A stretch of 64,000 nt of DNA from Clostridia bacterium. Its GTDB lineage: Bacteria; Bacillota; Clostridia; TANB77; CAG-508. The notes beneath the pieces are model-generated. The model was given only the letters and a program-made list of their open reading frames with translations, ran no database searches and was not told the origin of the DNA. The DNA lies in the NCBI GenBank assembly GCA_022791325.1, contig JAAVYV010000019.1:640-64639 (forward strand), read 5' to 3'. Positions 41,837-53,048 of this stretch are shown piece after piece. Positions within the stretch are counted from its first letter, which is position 1, and every line of letters starts with the position of its first letter. The translations under genes and the position numbers were made by a program.

Positions 41837-42610
41837 ATGTTACTTAAAGACAAACAAATTTTAATAATAGGAATAAGAAACAAATGGAGTATAGCCTATG
41901 GAATAGCAAAATCAGCCTATGAAAATGGAGCAAAGCTAATATTTACATATATGGGTGAAGAAAACAAAGAAAAAATAGAAGAACTAACAAAAGAATTTGA
42001 AGGAAGAAAATGCTATGTTCTAAATGGGGCATCAGAAGATGAAATAGTAGAAGAAACCTTCAAAAAAATAAAAGAAGAAAATGGAAAACTAGATGGCATT
42101 GTACATGCAGTAGCCCACGCAAATACAGAAGATTTGCATAATGATTTCATATATACAAGTAAAGAAGGATATAGCCACGCAGTAGATGTTAGTAGTTACT
42201 CATTTGTATTAGTAGCAAGAAAAGCAAAAGAATTAGAAATGTTAAACGAAAATGCACATTTAGTAACTTTAACATATCATGGTTCAACCAAAGTGCTAGA
42301 TGGCTATAATGTTATGGGAGTAGCAAAAGCAGCACTAGAAACAAGTGTAAGATATTTAGCCCAAAACCTAGGAAAAGAAGGGCACAGAGTAAATGCAATA
42401 TCAGCAGGACCAATAAAAACACTATCAGCAAAAGGAATAAAAGACTTTTCAAAAATAATAACAATAGTAGAAGAAAAAGCACCATTACACCAAAATGTAA
42501 CAACAACAGAAGTAGGAAATGTAGCAACATTTTTACTAAGCAATATGTCAAACAGTATAACAGGTCAAGTTATATATGCGGATAATGGCTACAATATAAT
42601 GGGAGTTTAA
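41837..42610 (+). CDS. fabI: Enoyl-ACP reductase FabI (NADH-dependent)
   Basis: 257 aa. [17 protein letters not shown]-terminus and Y..K catalytic spacing typical of FabI. Confidence 0.8.
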   Translation: MLLKDKQILIIGIRNKWSIAYGIAKSAYENGAKLIFTYMGEENKEKIEELTKEFEGRKCYVLNGASEDEIVEETFKKIKEENGKLDGIVHAVAHANTEDLHNDFIYTSKEGYSHAVDVSSYSFVLVARKAKELEMLNENAHLVTLTYHGSTKVLDGYNVMGVAKAALETSVRYLAQNLGKEGHRVNAISAGPIKTLSAKGIKDFSKIITIVEEKAPLHQNVTTTEVGNVATFLLSNMSNSITGQVIYADNGYNIMGV

Positions 42611-42624
42611 AGGAGGTGAGAAAG

Positions 42625-42864
42625 ATGTCAGAACAAGAAATTTACGAAAAATTAAAAAAGATAATAGTAGAACAATTAGGCACAAGTGAAGAAAGTATAG
42701 CAATGGAAGCAACATTTGTAGATGACCTATCAGCAGATTCTTTAGATATAGTAGAATTAATAATGAGCTTAGAAGAAGAATTTGACTTAGAAATACCAGA
42801 CAGCGAAGCAGAAAAAATAGTTACAGTTGGAGATGTTGTTAAATACATACAAGAACACAAATAA
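42625..42864 (+). CDS. acpP: Acyl carrier protein
   Basis: [10 protein letters not shown] phosphopantetheine-attachment motif. RBS AGGAGGTG with a 6-nt spacer to ATG at 42625. Confidence 0.85.
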   Translation: MSEQEIYEKLKKIIVEQLGTSEESIAMEATFVDDLSADSLDIVELIMSLEEEFDLEIPDSEAEKIVTVGDVVKYIQEHK

Positions 42865-42966
42865 AGCTCACATTACATATGAAAGAAATAAAAAATAAAT
42901 ATTCATTAAATACCTCCCAAAAAGTGTATTACACTATTTTGGGAGGTATTTATAAAACAAATAATA

Positions 42967-44076
42967 TTATACAGGAAATGCTTGTGTTTTAGCAAGTTTA
43001 TGATTTCTGTATTGTGGGTCATCAGTAACTTCTTTTAAAACATTAATAAATGTTGGCAAGTTTACAATATTTGTCTTATCAGTAAGTTCAATTTCCATCA
43101 AAGCATAATCAGTAGAAAAATTAAAAATGTCAAGTTCAAAATATTGAGCTTTGTAAACAAAGCAAACCCGTTTTTTAACAATAGGGCTAAGAGAAGAATC
43201 AATCTGAGAAAGATAACGTAAATAGTCTTTTTCAGAAATTTTCTTTTCGACTTCTGGACGTTCAATGCCAGAAGTTTCCTGCTTTTCTGTAATATAATAT
43301 GAAAAGTTACCATTTTGACCACGCTGACGAATTCTACGTTCTTTTCCATTTGAAGAAGTAAGGTATGTTTGAACAATATCTACAGTTGTAATGTCAACAT
43401 ATTTAGAAAGAACATTTAAATCTGGCTTTTGTACTAAATACTTACGTTCAATTTCAATTGGAACAGGCTCCCCAAGAGCTGAATAAACTTCATTCATAAG
43501 TCTTGACATTTTTCTCTTAAAATCAGTAGAGTTATCAATAACTCGTAAATGAGTGTGACCAGTCCAATTAGCAATTCCTTTTCTATCTAATTGCCTTGCC
43601 TGCTCAGGGGTTTCTGTTCTAGCAACATTATTTTCTAAAGTATAGAATTCTTCAGCACCATCAGCAGCAGTAACAAGATGAAATACTGCATCATATCTAT
43701 CTCGTGCAGAGACTTCATTCATACCAAACTGATAAAGAAGAGTTTGAAACTCACCAGGTGTCATATAACTTTTATTATCAATAATACCACGATCATGTAG
43801 AATTACAATGTCATTTGATGGAATATACAAGTTAGCAGTATTACGATAAAGTTTTTCTTTAAATAATTGTTTCTCCAAAAGAACATGTTGAAAATCCAAA
43901 TTACTTAAAGAATTTCCAAAAGGTCTAATTCCAGTAGGAATAAGTTCAGTTGCTGTTTCAGGAACAACTAAAACATAATAACCCCGGTTTCCAAGTTCCT
44001 GCTCAATAATAGACAAACCAGAAGTTTTACCACCAGAAGGCCCACCTGTAAGAACAAAAGAATGAATTCGTTTCAT
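42967..44076 (-). CDS. P-loop ATPase (AAA_28/NadR-like) fused to a CYTH domain
   Basis: N-terminal GGPSGGKTS P-loop. C-terminal EIERKYLV motif characteristic of the CYTH (CyaB/thiamine-triphosphatase) fold. Confidence 0.55.
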   Translation of the reverse strand: MKRIHSFVLTGGPSGGKTSGLSIIEQELGNRGYYVLVVPETATELIPTGIRPFGNSLSNLDFQHVLLEKQLFKEKLYRNTANLYIPSNDIVILHDRGIIDNKSYMTPGEFQTLLYQFGMNEVSARDRYDAVFHLVTAADGAEEFYTLENNVARTETPEQARQLDRKGIANWTGHTHLRVIDNSTDFKRKMSRLMNEVYSALGEPVPIEIERKYLVQKPDLNVLSKYVDITTVDIVQTYLTSSNGKERRIRQRGQNGNFSYYITEKQETSGIERPEVEKKISEKDYLRYLSQIDSSLSPIVKKRVCFVYKAQYFELDIFNFSTDYALMEIELTDKTNIVNLPTFINVLKEVTDDPQYRNHKLAKTQAFPV

Positions 44077-44174
44077 AATTAATATACCTCCTCAAAATTT
44101 TAAAAAGATTAATTACAATATTAACGCTATAAGTATATAATGTATTATGTAAAATGTCAAGCAAATATAATAAA

Positions 44175-44229
44175 TTAGAGATTTTTGGAAAGTTTTGAAC
44201 ACGTCCCAAATCTTTCCAAAAATCTCTAA
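44175..44229 (-). terminator. Terminator of cotF-like gene (18-bp perfect stem)
   Basis: TTAGAGATTTTTGGAAAG-TTTTGAACACGTCCCAAAT-CTTTCCAAAAATCTCTAA. On the minus strand it is followed by a T-rich run. Confidence 0.6.
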
Positions 44230-44234
44230 ATACC

Positions 44235-44786
44235 CTACAAAGAAATAGTATTATAAATACTAGCAATATCGCCAGTTTGTTCACCTGTAGCAACAATAAT
44301 CGGATAATAATTATTTTTAGCCATCCACTCATAAACTTCATAAGAATGATTACAACTCATAGTATAAGCATCTTTTAAAAATTGACGTAAAGTAGGGTTA
44401 GTAGCCTCCATAGAAGCTATAGCATATTCCTTACCAGCTCTTTTTAAAGTTAAGAAATATGATAAAGCAATTTCCCTATCAGTCAAAGTAGTAACATTAG
44501 TATTTACAGTAATAGGCTCAGCACGTTTAGAACTATTAACATCTTCAGCAAAAATAGAAGTATTAAGCTCAGGAACATTAAGTTTTCCAGAAGCACTATC
44601 CACATTTTTAACAAACTCTACTTTTCTATTATAATCCTCCACATGAATAGGAAAATGATTACAAAGTAAAGCTTTTAATTCTTCATTAGTAACCTGATTT
44701 TTAAATAAAGACATACAAGTAATAGTATTAACACAACTAGTAATTAGTTCATTTAAATAACTTAATTCACATATAGTTAATTTCAT
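44235..44786 (-). CDS. Spore coat protein F (CotF)-like protein
   Basis: 183 aa with duplicated Coat_F-type halves. Terminated by hairpin 44175-44229. Confidence 0.6.
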   Translation of the reverse strand: MKLTICELSYLNELITSCVNTITCMSLFKNQVTNEELKALLCNHFPIHVEDYNRKVEFVKNVDSASGKLNVPELNTSIFAEDVNSSKRAEPITVNTNVTTLTDREIALSYFLTLKRAGKEYAIASMEATNPTLRQFLKDAYTMSCNHSYEVYEWMAKNNYYPIIVATGEQTGDIASIYNTISL

Positions 44787-45129
44787 AAAAACACCTCCAG
44801 ATTTTTTTAATAGGATAACCAGAATGTAAAAATGTATACAAGAATAAAAGCACAGAAAAAGAACTTTCTTTAAATAAAATTTTTTGAAAATTGAAAAAAC
44901 TAATAATATTAAAGTATAAAGATATTTAACTAAAATATGTAATTAGTAAAAAACAAATAACTACTAAGAAAACAAAAAAACAATAAAAGCTATTGCAAGT
45001 TTCCATAAAACATGATATACTTTTAAAGTAATATGTTTTAAAAAATTTATTTTAAATAAAATAATAAAAGGAGGATAGAATTTCACAAGTAACTTAAAAA
45101 CCAAGCAAACAATATAGGAGGATTTCAGA

Positions 45130-46914
45130 ATGGAAAAAGTAGGTAAGTTAGTTGTAAGTGTTCTTTCAGTAGTATTAATGTGCGCACTATATTGGTTATG
45201 GCTTCCGCCATTATCAATTGCATATGCCAGCGGTTTTCTATTCATAGGTTTATGTGTAATTATACTAATATCCAATATTGCCATGTGGGTTTCTGACTTT
45301 GGAATAGCGGGTGTTATAGCCTTTTTAGGATTTGCAATTTTACTAATTTTATGGATAGGGGGAGCCTTTTTTGGAAGTTCTGTATTCAATGCAACAGTAA
45401 AACAGCAACAAATTGGAGAAGTAGAAAAAGTAGAATATTCAGAAATGATAAAACAGATAGACACTTCTCAAATTCCAATTGTAGACGAAGCATTGGCAAA
45501 GAAGCAAGCTGACAAGAAGATTGGCGAAGATATTGCCTTAGGGTCTAGAGTATACTTAGGAAATGCAGCAATTCAGGAGGTAAATGGAGAAATTATGTAT
45601 GTAGTACCTCTTGAGCATTCTGGATATTTCAAATGGAATAAGAATAGAACCATACCAGGCTATATTACAGTTTCTGCTTCAAACCCCAACAAAGTAAATT
45701 TTATAACAGAGTTAGATGGCGAAAAGATTAATATTCGTTACCAGAAGTCAGCTTATTTTAGCTATGACTTAACACGCCATATAAGGAATCAAGGATTTAA
45801 AAACGTTGGATTAACAGAGTATACACTTGAAATTAATGACTCTGGACGTCCATATTGGGTAGTAACAACATATGAAAATAAAACAATATTTGGAACCGAA
45901 GAGGCAACTGGAGTGGTAGTAGTAGATGCACAAACAGGTGAAACAAGCTGGTATTCAGTAGAAGATACGCCAGATTGGGTAGATATTATTCAGCCACAGG
46001 CATTTATTGAAAACCAAATAGACAATTGGGGAAAACTGATACACGGTTTTGGGAATACTATATTTGGAAACACAGAAATGACAAAGAAAACAGATCTTAT
46101 ATTAACTGTGTATGTAGAAGGAGATTGCTACTATTTCACAGGAATGACGAGTGTAGGAACAGATGAATCTAGTGTAGGTTTCATTATGGTAAATACCCGA
46201 AACAAATATGCACAAATAGCATATTTAAATGGTGCAACAGAAAGTGCAGCAATGAAATCGGCAGAAGGATTGGTATCAGACTTTGGTTATACATCGACAG
46301 AGCCATTACCATTAAATATTAATGGAATTCCTACATATGTTATGGGACTTAAAGATCAAGAAGGGCTATTAAAAGCATATGCAATGGTAAATATTGAGAA
46401 TTATAGTATAGCAGCCAAAGGAGCTAGTTTGTCTGAGGCAAACAGAGCATATATCCAAGCAGTTGCAAGAAATAGTACTACACATGTAGTAGCTTCCGAT
46501 GAAGCATATGGATATACTTATAAAGGCAAAGTTCAGCGGATCTCAAATGTAGTAGAAGACGGCTCAACTTACTATTATTTGGTAGTAGAAGGAGAAGAAG
46601 AGAAAATCTTCACAGCTTCGTATATGGTTTCAGAAGAACTGGCAGTTACTCGTGATGGTGATACTGTAAAAATTACTTATGTAGATGACAAAAATGGGAC
46701 AGTAGACATCGTAACATTTGATAATGTTGCATTTGCTACCCCTGTTTCCGAAGCACAGGAAAAACGAAATGAACTCGATGAAGGTACTTCAGCATATGAT
46801 GCAGAAGATAGCCAAATGATTGAAGTAAATCCTGATGTAACTGAAGACACCTGGAACAGCCTTTCAGATGAAGAAAAGGCGAAGATATTACAGGAGTATC
46901 AGAATAATAATTAA
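45130..46914 (+). CDS. Membrane-anchored protein with large extracytoplasmic domain
   Basis: 594 aa. Three N-terminal TM helices, then a soluble region. Terminator 46926-46958. Confidence 0.45.
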   Translation: MEKVGKLVVSVLSVVLMCALYWLWLPPLSIAYASGFLFIGLCVIILISNIAMWVSDFGIAGVIAFLGFAILLILWIGGAFFGSSVFNATVKQQQIGEVEKVEYSEMIKQIDTSQIPIVDEALAKKQADKKIGEDIALGSRVYLGNAAIQEVNGEIMYVVPLEHSGYFKWNKNRTIPGYITVSASNPNKVNFITELDGEKINIRYQKSAYFSYDLTRHIRNQGFKNVGLTEYTLEINDSGRPYWVVTTYENKTIFGTEEATGVVVVDAQTGETSWYSVEDTPDWVDIIQPQAFIENQIDNWGKLIHGFGNTIFGNTEMTKKTDLILTVYVEGDCYYFTGMTSVGTDESSVGFIMVNTRNKYAQIAYLNGATESAAMKSAEGLVSDFGYTSTEPLPLNINGIPTYVMGLKDQEGLLKAYAMVNIENYSIAAKGASLSEANRAYIQAVARNSTTHVVASDEAYGYTYKGKVQRISNVVEDGSTYYYLVVEGEEEKIFTASYMVSEELAVTRDGDTVKITYVDDKNGTVDIVTFDNVAFATPVSEAQEKRNELDEGTSAYDAEDSQMIEVNPDVTEDTWNSLSDEEKAKILQEYQNNN

Positions 46915-46925
46915 AAATTTTATCC

Positions 46926-46958
46926 AAAAAACTGAGTGTACAATGTGCACTCAGTTTT
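46926..46958 (+). terminator. Rho-independent terminator
   Basis: AAAACTGAGTGTACA-AT-GTGCACTCAGTTTTT. Confidence 0.6.
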
Positions 46959-47168
46959 TGTTTAAGAAATTTAGTAAATACTTAATTGAAGTAGATTCAT
47001 TTTTATGATATTATATAAAAGAAAAATTTAAATTGATACAATATATAAGCTTTTGCAACCAAATAAAACACTACAATGTTAAAATCAGTTGACAAATTTC
47101 CAACTAAAATTGATAGAAATTGGCCAAAGAAATATATATAATTTTAAATAAAGGGAGGATGAAAATAA

Positions 47169-47815
47169 TGAATTTAGGAGAAAGATTATTTGAATTAAGA
47201 AAAGCAAAAAGTTTAACACAAGATGAGGTTGCAGAGAAATTAAATGTAACTAGGCAAACTGTTTCAAAATGGGAAACAAACCAAAGCACACCAGACTTTG
47301 ATAAAATAGTTCCAATAAGTGAATTATTTGAAATAGGTGTAGAAGAACTGCTAACAGGAAAAAAAGAAGAAAAACAGAAGAAGGAGGAAGTACAAGAAGA
47401 AAAAGTAATTACTAAACAAGAGGCAAAAGAAAAATCAGCAAAAGTAGTAAGTGGTTCTATTTTTATATACATTTTAGCAGTAGCTTTAATAATGATATTA
47501 GTTCCAGTAAAACATGTAAACCCAATAGTAGCAAGTTCAATATTCCTAATATTAATAGGTTGGGCAACAGCAAGAATAATAAAAAACTATATGTCAATGC
47601 CAAAATTTGAAAAAACAAAAGAAGAAAAGAAAGAAGAAAAAATAATAAAACAAATAAATGGAATAATAGGCTCAATTTGTGTAGCACTATATTTCATAAT
47701 AAGCTTTACAACAATGGCATGGCATGTAACATGGGTAATATTTATAATAAATGGTTTAATATGCCAAGCTGTAAAATTAATATTTATGTTAAAAGGAGAT
47801 GAAAAAGATGAATAG
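47169..47815 (+). CDS. XRE-family HTH regulator with transmembrane segments
   Basis: HTH LTQDEVAEKLNVTRQTVSKWETNQSTP, then a Lys/Glu linker and two TM helices. RBS AAGGGAGG upstream of ATG 47169. Confidence 0.7.
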
Positions 47816-48596
47816 TAAAACACCAATTATATGTTTATTAATACTACTTTCTATATTAATATTCATTTTAGTAATGTTTTTAGTAGTAAATTTAACAGGG
47901 GGAAAAGGTAAAATAATAAATATTGGTTCTAAAAGCAATAAAATAATATATGACAAAACCTTTAGCTTAGAGGAAATAAAAAATATAGAAATAAAACAAG
48001 ATGCAGGAGATATTACATTCAAAGAAACTTCAAACGATAATATTACAGTAACAGCTTATGGAGAAGAAGAGAAAGATGTAGAAATTACGTTAGAAGGAAA
48101 CAAATTAATAGTAGATTATACAAAAAGAAACAAATTCATATTTTTTAATTTTGGAAATATAAAAAATGATATTATAATAAATATTCCTTCTAGCTATCAT
48201 AATACAATAAAAATAAACAATAACTTAGGAAACTGCTATATAAACAATTTACCAAATGCAACAATAAATGTAGACTGTGACGCAGGAAATGTAGAAATAG
48301 GCAAAATAAAAAATGCAAATATAAAATGTGATTTAGGAAATATAAAAGTAGAAGAAATACTAAATAAATGCGACATAAAAGTTGACTCAGGAAACGTAGA
48401 AATACAAAAACTTATAATAAACGAAAATTCTAAAATAAAAGCAGACTTAGGAAATATAGATATAAAAGAAACAAACGAAGTATACATAGAATCAAAAGTA
48501 AACTTAGGAAAAGCAAATATAAGTAAAAATAATAGAAACTCAGAAATTACATTACAACTAGAATGTGATTGTGGAAATATAAATGTAGGAAAATAA
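47799..48596 (+). CDS. DUF4097-like beta-helical protein (putative adhesin/stress-response protein)
   Basis: Signal anchor followed by repetitive GN(V/I)(E/K)I... beta-strand repeats. Overlaps the upstream regulator by 17 nt. Confidence 0.5.
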   Translation: MKKMNSKTPIICLLILLSILIFILVMFLVVNLTGGKGKIINIGSKSNKIIYDKTFSLEEIKNIEIKQDAGDITFKETSNDNITVTAYGEEEKDVEITLEGNKLIVDYTKRNKFIFFNFGNIKNDIIINIPSSYHNTIKINNNLGNCYINNLPNATINVDCDAGNVEIGKIKNANIKCDLGNIKVEEILNKCDIKVDSGNVEIQKLIINENSKIKADLGNIDIKETNEVYIESKVNLGKANISKNNRNSEITLQLECDCGNINVGK

Positions 48597-48869
48597 CTTG
48601 TTTAAGAACATGTATATATAATAAAATAGAAATATATTATATATAACAACAAATACTAAGCAAAACAAAATAATTAAAAATAACCTTATATATAAGTAAT
48701 AACTTTGATAATAATAAGTAAAAGTTATTACTTTTTTTGCATAAATAACTATATCTGATTGCAATGTTATGTAAAATGTTATATAATATAAGCAATATTG
48801 TTTATATTTAGCATAAACAAACATTACCAAAAAACTTAAATAAGCGAAATTTGAAAGGAGTATTTTAAT

Positions 48870-51560
48870 ATGAACACATCATTACCTATTTACAACTATA
48901 TGAATGAAATCACAGAGGCAATCAAGAATCATGCTGTAACAATTATTACAGCTGAAACAGGCTCTGGAAAATCAACACAGGTACCACAGTATGCATATAA
49001 TGCTGGGTATGATGTTGTTGTTACCGAACCTCGGCGTATGGCAGCTTGGTCATTAGCAGAAAGAGTGGCAGAAGAGATGGAAACTACGTTAGGTGAAATA
49101 GTAGGTTTCAGAACAGCACTCGAGAGAAAGGACTCTAAAAACACATCAGTGCTTTATTGTACAGATGGCTTAGAGTTAGTTCGGTCTCTTACAGACACCA
49201 AGAACAAGCCAAAAGTGTTAGTAATAGATGAAGTTCACGAGTGGAACTCAAATATTGAAACACTTGTAGGCTGGTCTAAGAAGAAGATACAGGAGGGCTG
49301 GTGTACCAAAGTAGTTATTATGAGTGCAACTCTGGAAAAGGAGAGCTTGGCAGAATACTTTGGAGAAGATGTATATTCTCTTGAAGTACCTGGAAGATTA
49401 TATCCAGTAAGCTTTGAAGAAAGAAGTGAAGAAAGTCTAATTCCAGCTATTACTGAAATGGTTTTAGAAGGACGTAATACATTGGTATTTGTTCCAGGAA
49501 AAAAAGAAATTGCAGAAGTGATTAAGAAACTTTCTTCTATCAATGTAAAAGCAAAAGTGCTTCCATTACATGGTGAACTGGATTCAGAAGAGCAGAAGAA
49601 GTGCTTTTATAGTTATTCTGTTCCCAAGGTAATTGTAGCCACCAATGTAGCACAGACTTCGATAACAATTCCAGATATTGACGCAGTTGCAGACACAGGA
49701 AAAGAAAGACACTTAGAAACATATAATGGTATTCAGGGATTATTCTTAAGAGACACAAGCAAGGCAGACTGCATGCAAAGAAAAGGCCGTGCAGGAAGAA
49801 CAAAGGAAGGTAAATACATTCTTTGCTCAAATACTTACTTTGAAGAAAGAAAAGAATTCTCGGTACCTGAAATTCAAAGATGTCTTTTAGAGCAGACAGT
49901 ACTGCGCTTAGCAACTATTGGAATTGACGCAGTAGAATTTCCATTCTTCCATCAGCCAAGAATAGAAGAACTTGTAAGAGCAAAAGAAATGCTTATAAAC
50001 TTAGGTGCACTTAAAGAAGATAACACAGTAACTCCCATTGGCTACAAGATGGCTAAAATGCCAGTAGGCGTGCAGTCAGCAAGAATGATTATTGAAGCTG
50101 AGAAATATGGTGTTACAGAAGAAGTAATTAAAATTGCATCTATTGTTGAAATCGGAACTTTGCTTAGCAGTAACCAAAGGCAAATTGGAATAGACTCAGA
50201 AGGAGATCCTATCTATGGGAAACAAGGCTCATATGATAATTTTACTCGTGAAAGAGAAAGTGACCTATTAGCAGAGCTGGATGTATGGAATGAGCTTCAA
50301 AAAATGGGGTTTGTAAAATTCGACGAGTTAGGCATTAACAAAAAAGCTTTCTTCCAAATTAAAGAGCACATCAAAAGAATGCATGAAGCATTAAAAGGAG
50401 TTGTAGAAATAACATCTTCAGACGACCGAAAGGCAATAAAGATGGCATGCATGGCAGGAATGATTAACCATGTATACAAAGATACTGGTTATGGATATGT
50501 AAATGGAGATGGAATTTACAGAAACTTAGATCGAAAAAGTTGCTTAAGCTCAAGTAATCCAAGTTTAGTAGTTGGAAAGCCGAGAATTATTGAGTTTAAA
50601 GACTCATATGGCAGAAAGAGAACCATGGACTTGGTTACAATAGTAACAAAAGTAAGTGCAGAGGAATTAAAAGAAATAGCACCTCAGTTTATTACAGAAG
50701 AGGAGACAGATAGTTATTATTCTTCTTATGAGGATGCTGTGAAAGTAACAAAAGTAACATATTTTAAAGATATTCAAATTGCAGAAGATACCAAAACTGT
50801 TCCAAATCATCCAGAGTATGAAAGGCTAAAAGCTGATTATGAAAGTAGCAATAGAAGTACTTACTACGAAGAAAGAAGGCAAAAAACAATAGAGATTGAC
50901 GGAAAAACCTTTGACGTAAACTATGGCTGGAAGGAAGCCTCAATAACTGTAGATAAGTATACATTATATCATTCAAATACTAAAAGAATAACTTTAGATG
51001 ATGGAACACAGGTAACATTTAATTACTATGGAGACTCTTGGCATGGATACAATGGAAATACTATGGCAGACTTAAGAAACAAAGTAGAACGTGCAAGAGT
51101 AAAAGAAGCATGGGATAGAGCCAAAAGATATATTCCTGAATTAGAATCTTTTGATATTTCGTCTGCATTAAAATGCATTCCTTACATGGGAAAGCGAGAA
51201 ATAACAATTGGTAATGGTGGATATGGTCAGCCAATTTATGGTTTTGGATGTATTACACTGCTGAAAAACAATTCTCTGAAATTAGAATTAATTGAAGATG
51301 AAGAAAAGGCAGTAGAAAATACAAAAGAAACTGTAGAATTTTTGTATGGGAAGTACATCAAAGAGAATTATTCAGAAAAGAAATTCAAATTTATTAAAGG
51401 TGTAAAAGGCCTGTCCAAAAAAGAACAAAAAGTAAAGGAGGAATTTGACTCCTATGTACGAGAGCTATTAGAAGGATTGGATATCAGTAACATTGAAGAA
51501 AGAATTTCCGACTTAGAAGAACTCTACAATGTAATGATTGAAGATTTGAAAATAGCATAA
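48870..51560 (+). CDS. DEAH-box ATP-dependent helicase (HrpA/HrpB-like) with a long C-terminal extension
   Basis: 896 aa. Walker A ETGSGKST, motif Ia TEPRRMAA, DEVHE, SATL, QRKGRAGR. Confidence 0.85.
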   Translation: MNTSLPIYNYMNEITEAIKNHAVTIITAETGSGKSTQVPQYAYNAGYDVVVTEPRRMAAWSLAERVAEEMETTLGEIVGFRTALERKDSKNTSVLYCTDGLELVRSLTDTKNKPKVLVIDEVHEWNSNIETLVGWSKKKIQEGWCTKVVIMSATLEKESLAEYFGEDVYSLEVPGRLYPVSFEERSEESLIPAITEMVLEGRNTLVFVPGKKEIAEVIKKLSSINVKAKVLPLHGELDSEEQKKCFYSYSVPKVIVATNVAQTSITIPDIDAVADTGKERHLETYNGIQGLFLRDTSKADCMQRKGRAGRTKEGKYILCSNTYFEERKEFSVPEIQRCLLEQTVLRLATIGIDAVEFPFFHQPRIEELVRAKEMLINLGALKEDNTVTPIGYKMAKMPVGVQSARMIIEAEKYGVTEEVIKIASIVEIGTLLSSNQRQIGIDSEGDPIYGKQGSYDNFTRERESDLLAELDVWNELQKMGFVKFDELGINKKAFFQIKEHIKRMHEALKGVVEITSSDDRKAIKMACMAGMINHVYKDTGYGYVNGDGIYRNLDRKSCLSSSNPSLVVGKPRIIEFKDSYGRKRTMDLVTIVTKVSAEELKEIAPQFITEEETDSYYSSYEDAVKVTKVTYFKDIQIAEDTKTVPNHPEYERLKADYESSNRSTYYEERRQKTIEIDGKTFDVNYGWKEASITVDKYTLYHSNTKRITLDDGTQVTFNYYGDSWHGYNGNTMADLRNKVERARVKEAWDRAKRYIPELESFDISSALKCIPYMGKREITIGNGGYGQPIYGFGCITLLKNNSLKLELIEDEEKAVENTKETVEFLYGKYIKENYSEKKFKFIKGVKGLSKKEQKVKEEFDSYVRELLEGLDISNIEERISDLEELYNVMIEDLKIA

Positions 51561-51581
51561 GTACCAGAAATGCTAAAGAAA

Positions 51582-51608
51582 CTGCAGACGATTGTCTGCG
51601 GTTTTTTT
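51582..51608 (+). terminator. Rho-independent terminator after helicase gene
   Basis: GCAGAC-GATT-GTCTGC followed by GGTTTTTTT. Confidence 0.65.
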
Positions 51609-51616
51609 AACTTTTA

Positions 51617-51690
51617 AATATAAAAAATCTAATTTTAAATTGTAGGGGCGAGCGTCGCTCGTCCGTGTAGCAAAGCCACTTTCTTATTGT
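51617..51690. repeat. Short-form TGTAGGGG element downstream of helicase terminator
   Basis: AAATTGTAGGGGCGAGCGTCGCTCGTCCGTGTAGCAAAGCCACTTT; paralogue of 2301-2375. Confidence 0.6.
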
Positions 51691-51753
51691 ATAGGAAAAA
51701 ATAATTTAAATTGAAATAATATTAGTATGGCTAAACTATTTCCTTGCAAATAA

Positions 51754-52440
51754 TTAAACAACATATAATAATATACAAAGAAAATGTAATAAATTTCCTA
51801 AAAATATAAATATATGGAAAACAGAATGAATATACTTATGCTTTTTTCCAACTCCATATAAAACAGCTCCAATTGTATAAATAATACCACCAAGAAGTAA
51901 AAGTACAAAACCAGGAATAGTTAATAAATTAGGCAATATATTAATTTTAACAATAATACACCATCCCATTAAAAGGTAGCAAACCATAGAAAGGACCTTA
52001 TACTTTTTAATATCGATAGAATTAAAAATAACACCTAATATAGCAGCAAGCCAAATAATAGCAAGAATAGAATAACCAGTTATAGGGTTATATTCTCTTA
52101 ATGTACATAAACAAAAAGGAGTATATGAGCCAGCTATTAAAATAAAAATAGAACAATGGTCTAAAATTTGGAAAATTTTTTTAGACTTAAGTTTAGGACT
52201 AAGCCCATGATATATACTAGACATTGAGTAAAGTAAAATCATAGAAAAACCAAAAATAATACCACTAACAATACCATAAACATTATGATGCTTACCTGCA
52301 AAAATGGGTACCAATATAATACCAATAACCCCCAAAGCACCACCAACAATATGAGTAACCATATTAAAAATTTCTTCACCTTTTGTATAAGAAGGTAAAA
52401 CTCTATCTATTAATTTTGTTCTTTTCAAATAAATCAACAC
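51754..52440 (-). CDS. Hemolysin III family (PAQR) membrane protein
   Basis: 228 aa, seven TM helices. HIFIFLG and H-rich motifs of HlyIII/YqfA. Confidence 0.8.
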   Translation of the reverse strand: MLIYLKRTKLIDRVLPSYTKGEEIFNMVTHIVGGALGVIGIILVPIFAGKHHNVYGIVSGIIFGFSMILLYSMSSIYHGLSPKLKSKKIFQILDHCSIFILIAGSYTPFCLCTLREYNPITGYSILAIIWLAAILGVIFNSIDIKKYKVLSMVCYLLMGWCIIVKINILPNLLTIPGFVLLLLGGIIYTIGAVLYGVGKKHKYIHSVFHIFIFLGNLLHFLCILLYVV

Positions 52441-52607
52441 CTTTATAAATTTCTATATGGAAAAATATACCATATGAAATATTAAGTGTCAAATAACTGA
52501 CTAACTATTCAGTATAAAAAAAGGTTAAAAATATTGAAAAATTATGTAGAATATAGTATAATATAATTGTAGCAATCAAATATTGAGAATTTATAGGAGG
52601 ATTTAGG

Positions 52608-52853
52608 ATGACAACACAGATGAGAGAACTTGTAGCGGAGATGGAAGGCGTTACTAAAGAAGACATTGGAAGAAAAGTTAAATCTGAAAGTATATCTGCG
52701 TTTCGGCATGGAGAAATTGCTGAAGTTATAGGCTGGGGATTGGACATCGAAAAAAAGAGGCCAGTATACTTTATAAGATTTAATAACAATGAATGTGATA
52801 CCATTCCTGCTGGAAAGTACTTTAAGGATAGTGGATTTGAATTTACTGACTAA
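52608..52853 (+). CDS. Small hypothetical protein
   Basis: 81-aa ORF with RBS GGAGGA. Terminator 52882-52929. Confidence 0.4.
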   Translation: MTTQMRELVAEMEGVTKEDIGRKVKSESISAFRHGEIAEVIGWGLDIEKKRPVYFIRFNNNECDTIPAGKYFKDSGFEFTD

Positions 52854-52881
52854 TTCCAAAAATTCGTACAATTAAACGAAC

Positions 52882-52929
52882 AAACCCGTATTTTACTATT
52901 AATAGTGAAATACGGGTTATATTTTTTGT
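52882..52929 (+). terminator. Rho-independent terminator
   Basis: AAACCCGTATTT-loop-AAATACGGGTT followed by ATATTTTTTG. Confidence 0.65.
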
Positions 52930-53048
52930 ATAAAAAATAATAATGAAGAAAGATAAAAGGAAAATAAACACAAAAAAGTTACAAAGCGTTAATATATGTT
53001 TAACAAATGTAATATATAATCCATATAACCTAATTAAGGAGGGATAGA

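Noticed and set aside
44964-45464. 166-aa minus-strand ORF upstream of and overlapping gene 45130-46914
   Set aside because: It overlaps the RBS and N-terminus of a well-supported + strand gene, and its own start has no RBS.
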